Assembly (NCBI RefSeq): GCF_036321535.1 | Contig: NC_087437.1 | Span: 38,504,001-38,568,000, forward strand | Length of the DNA stretch: 64,000 bases | Origin: Camelus dromedarius | Taxonomy: Eukaryota | Direction: 5' to 3' | Shown: positions 1 to 12,490 of the stretch, one piece after another | How the letters are laid out: each line of letters starts with the position of its first letter | Numbering within the stretch: the stretch's first letter is position 1 | Translations under genes and position numbers: made by a program | The notes under the pieces: model-generated | The model's input: the letters and a program-made list of their open reading frames with translations, nothing else | What the model was told of the DNA's origin: nothing | Database searches by the model: none

Positions 1-1106
1 TTGATGTGGACCACCAAGTGTCTTTTCAAACTCTGAAGCTATTCTTACTTAAATAGTTTCTTCTCCTTAGCCTCTAAAGGCTAATTTCCCCTTTGATGAG
101 TCATCAGCATATGGGGGTCTGGGTCACACTGCTTATGTTTATTTTAGGTATGGCCCTATCAGTGTGGGGATTTCATCATTCTTGTTTTCATATTTGTTTT
201 ACTTGTCAGCATAGGGCCAAGAAAATCTGTATTCCTTAAACTTTTTCTATCATTTAGAGAATCAAATTCTTAGAAAATCAATAATTAACAGATATTAAAC
301 TATTAGTAGCCTTGAATTCCAAAACTTTTTTTACATCCATAAAATATTACTATACTAATATTTAGTACCATATATCCAGTATTGGATAGGTGGTCTGCCA
401 TCTGTTTGCACTATAATCTGTTTCTCTCTTGCCATCTCTCTTTCCATTCCCCCCTCTCTCTTGCTGATTTCCGAATGTCCTTTATGTTGCCATCTCTTTT
501 GACTCAATTAAAAGGCTGCTTGGCCTCTACATCTACCAGGTTGCTTCTGTCATTTCAAATTATATTCCTTCTTGGCTCCATTGTTAGGTTTTACATAATT
601 TTCAAATCATTTATTTCATAGTTTATAATGTGTGGTTAAAATCTCATTTTTTTGATTTACAAACTAAATATTAGATAAATTTCCTGGTTTTATTTTCTCT
701 AAACTACTGGTAAACTTTTCCACTGTCATCACTCTTCTCTAGCAACTATCACTTGTATATCATAAGTTATCTCATGCTTGTATGTGAAACTTCTTTATTA
801 TTCATGTCTAGTTTTAGTTAAAAATGATTCTGTTCTTTATAGTCTTATAGGAATACGTTAACAGTTATTATCTATATGATGGAAATTTAATATATAGATA
901 ATAAATGAATATTTGTTAGGGTTTTTGTTTTGCAATGACTAATCAGTTCTCTCTTGAAGGGGAAAAATAAACATCTGTAATAAATAGTATCAAGTAAAAG
1001 CACCGACTTAAACATTGAAAGAAGTGAAAGTACTTATAAATAAGATTAGACTATGGAAAGATAAAGTAATATAATAATAAAATAAAGAGATAATATAATA
1101 TATAAG

Positions 1107-1549
1107 TGTGCTAATTTCCTATTGCAGCTGAAACAAATTACCACACATTTCCATAGAACAACACAAATTTATTATCCTTAGTTCTGGAGTCCAGAAGTCC
1201 AAGATAAGTCTCACTAGGCTAAAGTCAGTGTGTCAGCAGAGCTGGTTCTTTCTTGGGGCGCCCAGGTACTCCTTATTCTTTGCTCTTCCAAGCCTCTAAC
1301 GTCTACCTGTTTCATTGACTAGTGACTACATCACTCTAACCTCTGCTTTCATCACATTTACTTTTCTTCACTCTGACCTTCTTATGAGGACCCTGTGATT
1401 TTATTGGACCCATCTAGATAAATAAAATTAACCTTTGTCTCAAAATGCTTAACTAAATCAGATGTGCAAAGTATCTTTTAGTATGTAAGGAAACATTTTA
1501 TAGGTTCCAGGGATAATGACATAGGCACACGTGTGCAGACATTATTCCA
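1107..1549 (-). mobile_element. MaLR solo LTR (MLT1C/D-like)
   Basis: Typical MLT1 antisense motifs: 'acaaattaccacac..caacacaaatttattatc..gttctggagtccagaagtcc', 'gaggaccctgtgatt..attggacccatctagataa', 'ggttccagggata'. Recalled consensus. Confidence 0.85.
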
Positions 1550-1994
1550 TAGTAATATATGGGACACTTTTTAAAAATTAAAAGCAAAATGCCAATGTTA
1601 AGTTTTATTCTTTTCATGGCAAGTGACCCCAAATCACAGGTATATATACACTAAAGAGTAATTTTCATAGTTTTCTTTAATTTGATATTATATTCACTTC
1701 TATTTGAACTTCACAGAAATTCTAGTAATATGTGGGGCAAATTCTATGATTCCACTCTGCCGTGAAGGACATAGATACGGTATATTCTAGTTACTTGCTT
1801 AGGTAGCATGTATAATTGTATAATTAGAGACAGGTTTAGGGCTAAAATCCAAATTCTTAAAACTTAGTCAAGTGTATTCCATATTATTTTCCAATATTGT
1901 TTCTTAAAAGAGAAAATAATCAGCAACTGTAAGGATAGAAAAAATGTCTAAAAAGCCTAATCCCAGTAGTACTGGTTCTTCAAGTTGGAAAATA

Positions 1995-2075
1995 CTTTGT
2001 GTTCACCTTTGTAACCACAGAAGTGAACACAGTGGCTGATACCTAGTAGGTGCTTAAATAAAGTCAATAGAGAAT
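1995..2075 (+). mobile_element. L2 3' terminal fragment
   Basis: 'tgtgttcacc..cacagtggctgatacctagtaggtgcttaaataaa' resembles the L2 3' end. Confidence 0.6.
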
Positions 2076-2699
2076 AATAATGGACTGAGAATTTAGATGA
2101 TTAACATGAGTTTATTTGTAATTTTCCCTATATATTTGATTTATTTAATACTGATATACAATGTTTAGTGCAACTAAAATATTCATTTAAAAAGGAAATA
2201 TTAATACTCTCCCATGGTTATTTTATTTTGCTTTCCTGGTTGGACACCTTCCTGTACATTTATTTCCTGCTGGAAGCAAAACATGAAAAATCAAAGTCAG
2301 AGTAAAACCAAAAGCCAAAAAATAAATAATCCTTACTAGATACTCTAGATTTAGCTGAGATTCTGTAACATTAGCTGCACCCTCACCGGGTAGTTATGAT
2401 GGACAGTTCCTTCAAAGATTTTCTGTATTCACCTGATATAATTGGTTTGTGTTGGAAATAAAATCAATGCAAACCTTAAGACTTTCATCACAGAACAAAA
2501 TGTTCAGTAAACCAATTTCTCCAGTTTGCCTGTGATTTTCACTGCAGGTAACAGAGAGCTTTTTAAAGATGTGTTATCTATTTCCCCCATGAAATTCTAT
2601 TTCAATCCATAGTATATTGTATGTCTTTGTTTCCTATAATCCTCAGGTGTTGAATGCCTTTGGTACCTCCTCTCATCAGAGCATCATGTACTTTCTTAT

Positions 2700-3088
2700 T
2701 TCTCTGATTCTGGCATTGGCCATGAGTGTTGGTTTGGCCAGTGGCTTAGGAGTGGTGGAGGTGTTTTCAGAAGCTGTAAATGTGCTTGTATGGTTTGACC
2801 TGGCCTTTGCACTCTCACTATTCTAGAAGAGAACTGGTCTTGGGTCACCACCAACCAATGAAGATAAAATATACATGATAGACATGGGCTCCACCCACAG
2901 GCTGGATCTAAGCTGAATGTAACCACTGCTTGATGCAGAGCTGCCCGGTCAAGCCCAGCTGTCGTTACCCTACCTTCTTCCAACCCACACACCTTGAACA
3001 TAAGAATAAATGTTTGCTGTAATAAACCACTGAATTTTGAGTGATTTTTAAACAGTGATTTTTGCTTCAAAAACTGACTAGTGAAACA
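2700..3088 (+). mobile_element. Old MaLR LTR (MLT1H/I/J-like)
   Basis: 'tggccatgagtgttggtttggccagtgg' and the 3' end 'aataaatgtttgctgtaataaaccactgaattttgagtg..actgactagtgaaaca' are typical of old MLT1. Confidence 0.7.
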
Positions 3089-4619
3089 GTCTTTCCAAAT
3101 TAAACTCAAAGTTCTCCCAAGCTGCTAGTTGATTCCTATCCCCATCCTCTCTCCCTCTTCTCATAGCCTCTGACCCTAGCTTCTGTTATAGCAAAGCTGC
3201 ATATCATTTCCTTTAAGTTCCTTTCATAAAATGTTTAGCGAAAGAGCTGACATTTCGAGATAATTTGAATGTATTGAAAGATCTATTATTTGCATTATTT
3301 TTTTTAATGAAAAGCTGAAGACTACCTAAATAATGAATTAATTTTCAGGCTATGACTGCATAATATGCAATATCTTGCTGAATATATTACTTTTTTGCTA
3401 TTGGTTACAAAGTAAAAAGTGCGCTTTTGATTTAGACAGTCTTTCTTCTCATCTTTTGAATTCTCAAGTTTATCTTCCAGTTCCATAAGTGAGGTAACAT
3501 AGACAAATGATAAATGAGACATATTGATTCAACATGAATGTTATACATTTACTTCACCAACTTTGAGACCTTGCTCAGACTTTACACTGGGTAGATTAGA
3601 AATAATAAAGAAGTTCTCATTTTAAGTCATAAATCATTTTATTACATTAATTATTTTTAATGAATACTATAAAATTTCTACTAATTTTCCTACATATTCA
3701 CTTCTATGAGTCCGCTGATTATATATGTTGACTGTTCTTCTGCAAAGAGTTTTCCATTTGCTAGGGCAGAATATGTCCATATTTTGATGGTCATTCTCTA
3801 ATGAGGACTAGCAAAGTCATATGCAAACCATTTATTTCCCAGCAGCGCTTGTATTTTTGTCATAAAAATATTAACCCCCTTCCCCTGTTATAGCTGTTAG
3901 TTTACTCCTGTGCCCTGAAGGGCTTGTATCTAGTACCCACCAAGTTCTAGTTTTGAGACCATTAATCCTTAACTATCAGATTCAGAGATACTACTTCTTA
4001 CAAACTTTTTTTTGTTAAATTGGAGTAATATAACTTATTCATGCAGTAGTTCTAATTATTTCTAGAAGATGTCACGTAAAGGAATGATCTTATTGTTCAT
4101 ATTTAGATTGCACACATAACCTCTGTGAAATGATTGGATTATCATGTACTTAAAACCCTCCCACTAATCAAGCATGAGAAGCCAAAAAATATACACTGCA
4201 CAGATGGGCAGTTAATTTCTTTCCATTGAGCTTGCAATGTGCTCCATGATGTTGCGACAGCTGTGATGAGAATGGTGGTTGTCCCTAATCTATGCTTCAT
4301 TTAACTTCAGGAATTCTAAAACATTGCATTGTGTAGAAAATAAAAATGCATTTTAAAGCAATGGAGCTTAGTGTCCTGAAGCAGCATTTCATTTTTAACA
4401 ACTGAAGTTTTAGTACAAATGTTGGTAGTTGTATATTTCTTTCTTCTGACAACTTTACTGTCAACTTAGATTGTATTTCATCACTAAATACATACTGTCA
4501 ACCTAGTCCTAGACACCCTATGAAAATCAATGGGATTTTGATGCAGTAAATGGAAGAATTGTACAGTAAATATTGTGATTCAATTGTTTACCACTCAAGT
4601 TTATTTTTCAAAGATACTT

Positions 4620-4794
4620 ATAATGCCACATTATATTTGTATAGCACTTTTTATATTCAAAAGCATTTTCCTGTCAAATGGGAATAAAAATGATTGTCCT
4701 AACTTCTTCACAGAGCTGATGTTGTGATTACATGACATAAAAGACATAAAAATGCTTTCTAAAGTAAAGAGTGCTATAAGAGATATGGGATTAT
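4620..4794. mobile_element. Two oppositely oriented MIR3-like SINE tail fragments
   Basis: 'ctgtcaaatgggaataaaaatg..ttcacagagctgatgttgtgatta..aaaatgctttctaaagtaaagagtgctata' (+) is preceded by its approximate reverse complement. Confidence 0.6.
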
Positions 4795-4824
4795 CATTGT
4801 CATCATGCCTGAGGAGAATTTTAG

Positions 4825-5095
4825 GCAGTAAAAAGTGCAGAGGCTTTGAAGCAAGACATGGATTTCGGTTCTGGTTCCATTACTTACAATATGTGTAAAA
4901 CTTGGTAATTTCCTTCATTTTTCACTGAGCCCTAGTTTTTTTTGTGTGTAAAACTTTTGTATAATTGTAAACTAACATATATGGTTATAAGTGTGTGTGT
5001 GTGTGTGTGTGCGTGCACGCACTTGAAAATTATATGACTTTATATATGGAAAATGCATAGTTCAGTGTTGGGTTAATACATGACAGTCATTTAAA
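4825..5095 (+). mobile_element. MIR SINE interrupted by (TG)n
   Basis: MIR core 'ggctttgaagcaagacatggatttcggttctggttccattactta..tgtgtaaaacttgg..ctgagccctagtttt'. Confidence 0.7.
4991..5010. repeat. (GT)n microsatellite
   Basis: Direct read. Confidence 0.95.
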
Positions 5096-6104
5096 CATTT
5101 TAGACACCATAAAAGCCATTATTTTAAAAGTGTAGACTTTTAAATACTGGTATAAGACACATTTTGACAACAGATATTAAGGGCCCACATTAAATCCAAG
5201 AAAGAAGAGTAAATATAATTATAATGGTTAAAGGAAACCATGTTCCACTTGTCCTCCATTTGGTATGCCTACATGGTATACTTACTATTTCTGCTTCGAC
5301 AGAGCCATTTGAAGATCATATTTCTGGTGGATCTGTAATTGCTAGATTATGTATTGTAGATTATAATTCCTTTGGAAACAATTCATATTAAATGTCTTAG
5401 AAGTAATTCAAGACTCTCCCATATCATCCTCTTCCAGTCTTCAAGAATTGCTCAAGTCATTTCATCCCCAGGTAGTAAGACGGTTGTTCCAGTTTTAGAA
5501 GAGTAAAATGTTTGAACTACTATGATGATGGATAATATTGGTATACTTAATTAAAATTTGGAAATACATAGTTATGGTGCTTTTGAGACTTCCTGCAATA
5601 TAACTAGAATAGTAAAAATCAGCAGTTATTTTCTTTTTTTGAGATTTCTTTTGCTGTTACATCTTTCTTCTTATATAATGGAATAGAAATAATAGCAGGG
5701 TTCATTTTTCCATTGATGGTGCTCATTAATTTCCTGTGTTCCCTTAATTGGAGTCCATTTCTTTTCCTGCTTTCTCATTTCCACAAGTCCCGAGGGGGTG
5801 TTAACCTAGGCCTTCCTTTAGAAAGGAAGCTCTGTCTTTTCTTTCATGTATTTCATTTTCTTTCTCTCCCTTTTTCACCATATGTATACCATACTATGGG
5901 AGCTATTTTCCATGACATCCTTCTTAACCTAATGTCCCAGGCTCAAAGGTCTGTGGTTGATGAACTAAATTCTCCTTCACTCTGGTGTGTAGGATGTGCT
6001 TGGATCAATCATTGTATCCTTTCCCTGTTCTCCATTTTCTATTCAGCATTCAAGCTTTAGTCTTTATTATTATTACTTTTTACTATTTGATGTAATTTAT
6101 CTTT

Positions 6105-6265
6105 TATTTGTTTACCTGTTTAATGCCTATCTCTTCTCTTTTTCCACTAGAATATAACTCCATGTAGGCAGGGATTTTTATAGTTTATTTTCCTGTTGCT
6201 CAGAGGAATGCTGGTAAGTGCCAGGTGCAAAATAAATAATGTACAAATAAGTCAGTAAATAAATA
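6105..6265 (+). mobile_element. L2 3' end
   Basis: 'ccactagaatataactccatgtaggcagggatttt..gtgccaggtgcaaaataaataatgt'. Confidence 0.7.
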
Positions 6266-9200
6266 TAAAGCTTGTATTTGAGTTTAGAGAAAAGACGTAT
6301 TTCCAGACTTTGGCTTGCCCAGTATAGGAGAAAGGTGGCATGTTCATGCTCCAGCTAAGCAAACTGGAGCTCTACCATAGGGGTAAGCCAAATCTTAGTT
6401 AATATTAAATTATTGCTTTGCCTTCAATCTTCTTTGTGATTGTCTCTCTCAGGATCCTCACAGTTCATGCTACTAAGAACAACTAGGCAAAAGATCAAGA
6501 TAATACCACGTTGATATTACTACCTAATAGAACATCAATCCATCATTTTAAAAAATAACATAGTTTTCTCAATGATAAAAGAAACTATAATCATTTTACA
6601 AAACAAAAAATGGAAATGTATAGGAAAATTATACATAATTCTAAAATATGGGAAAAATAAAATTATACTACTTTTTATTTCAGGTATTTTCCTAGGTATT
6701 TTTATTTTTTCTATGTCAAATTGGTTCATAATCTTTGTTAATGTGATTATTTATGCCATGATACCAAGAGAGTTGTCCCCCATTATATGCTTATATAACA
6801 TGAATACTAAAGTTTACATAGGGCACCAGATTATCAACCATATCACATTTAGCCAATTCCCTGGTGTTGGGAAATTGCTGTGTTTTTGTTTTTGTTTTTT
6901 TACTGTTTTGAACTCTCATTTCCATAATTTGCTATCAGTATTTGATTAGAAATTATCTAGTAAAAACCCTTTGATCTTACAGAGAAGAAAAATTAGTTCT
7001 ATGAATGTTTAAGCTAATTAAGCATCATATTTTAAGACTTAAAATTTAAATTTAAGCTCTAAATTCTTATTTCAGTACTCCTAAAAATGCACATGGTTAT
7101 TAAAAATAAGTTACATTACTTATTATAAATTAAGTTAAATTATGCTCTGGATTTTTGATGTTAATAAACCAGCTGGAATAATGGTAGAAACTTGTTATAA
7201 CTGTTAGGGGAGTTGTGAGTCATAAATTTTTTCAAATCAAGATCTTTATTTTTAATGAAATTTATAATGAAACAAGTATTTATAAAATTATGTCTAAAGT
7301 AAATCAACAATAAAAGACTATCCAAAGGTGGTGAAGAGGATGACTTATAAATAAGCAAATGACCCTGATGTCTGGGAATGAAGGAAGAGGCCACATTATT
7401 GAAGAGTGAAAGGAGGGCTGTGGGCATTGTATTCATCCTTTTTGGATCCTCAGCCTATGTCCTTGAGCAAAAGATTCAGTTAGGCATTACCCTGTTATAT
7501 GAAATGGATAAAAACAAAAAGATTGAGAATGAAATAACCACATCCATTTAAAAATGGCCTCAGGTTTCAAGATGATTTATGGTAATAATGTATGTTTTGT
7601 AATGATGCATTATACATAGATATTTATGTATATATGAATGTGAGTTTCTATATGTGTGTATATATATTTCACAATGTTATGCAGACACACACATATATAT
7701 AATATACATATTCCCCAGAACAACTTTATAATTTTCTAGGTTTAAAAATACTTATCTAGACTGAATAAAAATTTTTAATAGTATTACAATATTTTAATTC
7801 CACTGTACATTATTTGATAAAGTTTAAAGGGAAATGATAATTAAAAGAAAGATGCTAGGTAGTGTATTATAAATAATAATTTTAAAAACACTAATTATTA
7901 AGGTCTTTCTGTATATTGTGAATGAAAATGATTACAGTTTAAACTAATAGTTCTTTTAATTAATTTTAAATTATAATGAAAACACCATAGATATTCTTAT
8001 GATATTCATATTAATGTCAAGTGAATAACTGTAGGTGGATGTTATAACAATATGTACCAAAGGAACTAGAGGAAATAAAGTCTTCATTTTTAAATGTTAC
8101 TGGTATATTTTTAATTTTTAATTTTACTTAAATGTGAACAAGCATGCCTGAAATTAAACTGAAAGTAGTCTTCAAAGCCAAGCAGGTGTTCTGGTCAATA
8201 GCTCAACTTTATTGAAATTCAGTGAGAGTCTTGAAAACTAATTAAACATTTGAAAAAGAAACACTCCCCTATGAAAGCTTCACTTTTTCTGTGAAGCCTT
8301 TTTGGAACTGCCATATTCAGAGGTGGAAAAACTAAACACCTGCTTTTAGGGACTCATGAATGTTTAATCCTGATGAATAGATTACTCCAGTGGGATACAG
8401 GCAAACAGAGCAGATCAAGTAGACATGAAAACAAAATATTCCCTATTCCAGAGACATGTCCTTATGCTACCTTCCTTCAATCATTCTATTTTTCTATTTA
8501 TTAATATTTGAATTTTCTTTTGTTCATGAGTATATATGTATGCATATATAGTCCTACAAAGTTATGAACATATATATTAGCCATAAATAAGAATATTTAA
8601 CATGAATTTTAATTACTTTCTTAATCTGTTAATAATTTACACATATTAATTAAAATTGCATCCAAATTACAAATTCTTTCAATAGCTGGAGTTAATCCTA
8701 GGAAATCATTTTTTCTAAGTATAAAATATAATACTTTCACTAAATAATGAATTCTTAGAATATATCTTAGGTAAGCCTTAGTAACCTTTGGAAAAGGTAA
8801 GAGTCATACCCTTGATGGAATATTTTATTTGCATGTAAACCAGAGATCTTATTTGATTTGAACAGAATTGACATAATCACACAAAAATTGTAAAAAGTTA
8901 ACATAATTTGCAGGTTTAGAGGATAAAGAAATTCTGTATGAACTATTAGATAATAGATACATACATATATACATATATAGATAATAAACATTTCTACTTA
9001 GATGTAAAGAATGCAGTTGAAATCAATTAGATTGTTGTGTATTGTTTTCAATTTACAGTCAGTCCCTCAGTCCATTAATTCTATATGCGTCTAAGTTAGA
9101 AAGTACAAGTAAAAATTAAAAACAAAAATACATTTGAACAAATACTTAATTCTTCAACAGTCTGGTATGACTAACTGTAAGTGTGCACTTGAAAATGTTC

Positions 9201-9499
9201 TATCAACTTTTCAATATCTGTTCTACTGTGATTGAATATCTGAGTGGATTTTAAGTTCTTCATTAGCAAAGGCATAAGGAAAACACTGATCATCATTTTT
9301 CTATTCCTTAAATGTGGTATTCCATTTGGGTTGTGTAACTGAATTCAATTATACAGTTACTCTGCTCACTGAGTGGAAAACTAGGGCTAGTGAGAGCAAA
9401 TATAGGTTAGAATAAGGTGGTACAGAGGTGTCTAAAACTGCAGAAAACTCACAGCCAGCAAAAATTAAGACAGCAGAAAAGAATACTTGATTCTTTTCC

Positions 9500-9795
9500 T
9501 CTCATACCTCAGATTCTGCAGCCCCACAATCCAAATGTATATTGTATTTGTTCCTTTGTTTTCATATCCACCATGGGTACCTCCAGAGTGCACTACTGTT
9601 CCTTACATATGATTACAGCTCTAGCCTCCTTACTGTTCTACCTTTCTTCCTTTTTCCGTTCTTGCCTGTATACTCTCCACAGAAGAGCTAGAGTGAATTC
9701 AAATATATATATTTCAGATCACATCAAACCTCTGATAAAATAACTTGACAATCAGAAAAAAAGCCAGACTTCTTATAGAGGGTTTCATGATCTTT
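9500..9795 (+). mobile_element. L2 fragment
   Basis: 'gattacagctctagcctccttactg..tctccacagaagagctagagtga..tcagatcacatca' matches the L2 ORF2 end/3' region. Confidence 0.7.
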
Positions 9796-9799
9796 CCCT

Positions 9800-10375
9800 G
9801 GAATATAATGGACTCAAAACTAAAAAGAAGAAACAACTGAGAGACTTAACAACATGGATGAATTCAAAGGCGTTATGCTAGGGACCTAATGTATAGCCAA
9901 GGGAACTATATTCCCCATCTGTAAAAGCCTATAATGAAAAAGCATATGAAAAGAATATATATGTATACATATATATATATACATGTATACACACACACAC
10001 ACACACACATATATAACTGAATCACTATCCTGTACACCAGAAACATTGTAAACCAACTATAACTCAATTTTTAAAAAGTACAAAGGCATTATGCTGATTG
10101 ACAGAAGTCAGTATCGAAAGATTACATATTATGATTTCGTTTATATGACATACTGGAGAAGCCAAAACTACAGTGACAAAAGATATTCAATGATTGCCAG
10201 AAGTTAGGGGTCAAAAGAGGGTATGATTTCAAAGAAGCACCAGAAGGGAGTTTCTGGGGGCAATGGGATCATTCTATGTCCTGATTGTAGTGGTGATTAC
10301 AAAAATCTATACATGTGCTAAAGCCTGACACCATAAAAGATTTAAATTTTGTATTTGTTAATTAAAAGTAAAATT
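9800..10375 (+). mobile_element. Old L1M (L1MB/MC/ME-type) 3' UTR, split by a younger L1
   Basis: 'caacatggatgaattcaaaggcgttatgct' continues after the insertion as 'gacagaagtcag..tatgatttcgtttatatgacat..gattgccagaagttagggg..ttctatgtcctgattgtagtggtgattac'. Confidence 0.8.
9880..10080 (+). mobile_element. 5'-truncated cetartiodactyl L1 3' end with 15-bp TSD
   Basis: 'gggacctaatgtatagccaagggaactatatt..ataactgaatcactatcctgtacaccagaaacattgtaaaccaactataactcaa'. Flanked by caaaggcgttatgct (9865-9879) and caaaggcattatgct (10081-10095). Confidence 0.9.
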
Positions 10376-11115
10376 AATTAATAATCAGTTCTAGTTTTTC
10401 AGTAGGCCAAAGTAATTTTGTATTCTTGAATAAATTATTCAAAATTCTCTAGCCAGAGTTTCTTTATAAATGAAATGAGAACAATGCTATTATTTTTAAA
10501 GGACTGATACCTCTAAAATACAAAATGTTATTTCCCTATTGTATCCTTCTTTCTTCTTTGTTTAGGCTTATTTATTCAGTAAGTATGGAGAGGTATATTA
10601 TTTATATTTCTCAGGAGAGTTCAATTGATCTACTCATTTTTGTTAATGCAGTGTATGCAGTTACCTTGTTTTTGACAGGGAATCAATTTTGTTGGAATCC
10701 GCATGGTTTTATATAACAGAATGGGTGCTCTGCAGATGATAGATAAAAATTAGAAGTTGACATAGTTACTAAGTCTCTTTCTATAAAAATATAATGATGA
10801 CAGACTAAAATATTCTAGTTGTGTTTTTCAAAGGTGATAAAGGTGATATGCTTAAATAAGCAATTACAAAATAAGTCAAGGAACTGTCCTAAAATTTAAT
10901 AGGCTATACTGAGTCATATTTTCCTAATTCAAGTATAATAAAATGTCTTGACTTTTTAAAAAATTACTGGCAGTGCAGACATAAAATCCCTTTTCAAAAC
11001 AATGATCCTCAGGTGTCATACATCTGAATTTAGCTAGATACCCGACATGTTTATTCAGTCTTCTTGCAATCAAAAGGAACCATGTGCCTCTCACTGATTT
11101 AATATGAGCGGTGTA

Positions 11116-11271
11116 GAATACCTCCGCAGTGAAGGGTGATTATTATATTTCTTTCATGAGTATGAAAGTCTCATAACTCACAGACATCACAAAGTGCCTA
11201 CGGAGTTTGTGAGTTATTAAGGTCAGCCATGGGAATAAAGAAGATAATCACTTTTTACCGGTGAAATATTC
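11116..11271. repeat. ~155-bp imperfect palindrome, possibly an ancient conserved palindromic repeat
   Basis: Paired blocks gaata/tattc, gtgattat/ataatcac, catg/catg and ataactcacagac/gtttgtgagttat around a short central loop. Confidence 0.75.
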
Positions 11272-12039
11272 AATTTATTTTATGAGAAAACTTTTTTATT
11301 GATTACCACTTCAAGGACGGCAAAAACTAATAAAGAACCCAGGGGACTTTTTTGTCCATTTGTCCACCATCCTGGGACCTCCTGGACTATACACTTGTAG
11401 TTTTAGTAATGGTCACACAGTGAAACAATAGCAGTGAAGAATAAAGATTTCTTTCATTTAGTTTTGTGGATATTTTTTAATATTTAAATATAAAATGATA
11501 GTTCTCTGTCTTACTAATTATTTTCAGGGAGGAGGGAAAAAACAAAAAAACTCAGAAAGACTTACTAGTGTGACCCTAGTCAGTGTGAAATAGGGATGTA
11601 GTTTCTGGGCCTTCTGAAATAGGGTTTCTTTGAAAACCAAAGGCAGTAAAACATAAAAATCAAGGACTATTGAGAAATTCTTGACTCCAATATGTGAAAT
11701 ACATTTTAAATATGAAATTCATTTTCATAAGGTTATTTCTGTAAAATCACCAAGCAAAATTCTAAGGCTGTGAATACAGTAAAAAATTGAGCAGGATTAA
11801 AGACTTAAATATCCTAAACAGTAAATGATGCAATATGTGTGAGAAAATGTGTGTGTGTGTTTGTCCTCCTCACACTTATTAAGACTATTTAAAATCTATG
11901 ACAAGAAAGAATATTATGAGGGAATAATTAAGCAATCTCAGAAATCCATGTCCTTTATATCTTATTATTTATGAGGATGACTGTTTTTCTTGTAATCACT
12001 CATTAATTGTTGATTCATTCAACTTTTATTCATTCATTT

Positions 12040-12310
12040 CTCAGAAGGTTCTCAGTTTCACTGAGAATAACTTCTCTCTCATAGTTTTTATTCCCTGGGA
12101 ATAGTTATATTCCTTATCAATATTTAAACAACTCCAATTTTATTTCCTCAAATATTTGAAAATGAATATCATTTCCTCAAATTTATCTTTTTCATAGCAA
12201 AATGCCACAACTTCAAAATTTCCTTATTTGATTTAGTTTTGAGTTCCTTCATCACTCTATTTTTCTTCTCATTCAGTTTAGTTTTTCTTACAATGATATT
12301 TTAAAATTGA
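12040..12310 (-). mobile_element. L3/CR1 LINE fragment
   Basis: 'cctcaaatatttgaaaatgaatatcatttcctcaaatttatctttttcatagcaaaat..agttttgagttccttcatcactct' resembles antisense L3. Confidence 0.55.
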
Positions 12311-12348
12311 AGTTTCTATGTGGCATGGACATACAATAGATGTGAAAT

Positions 12349-12490
12349 TGGAATATAGCCAATATCTTATAATAACTATAAATGGAAATATAACCATTAA
12401 AAATTGTGAATCACTATGTTGTATACCTGAAACTTACATAATATAAATCAACTATACCTCAAAAAAAAAAAGGATAAAAGAATAAATAAG
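12349..12490 (+). mobile_element. Short L1 3' end with poly(A) (laurasiatherian/cetartiodactyl type)
   Basis: 'ggaatatagccaatatcttataataactataaatgga..aattgtgaatcactatgttgtatacctgaaact..aatcaactatacctcaaaaaaaaaaa'. Confidence 0.85.

Noticed and set aside
2696..3109. Longest ORF (137 aa)
   Set aside because: Lies antisense across an MLT1 LTR; no recognisable domain.
3322..3522. ORF with coiled-coil-like MELEDKLENSKDEKK
   Set aside because: No recognisable homology or convincing splice boundaries; purine-rich chance sequence.
5730..6060. Possible ERVL-type LTR fragment
   Set aside because: Composition is suggestive, but I could not tie termini or motifs to a family.
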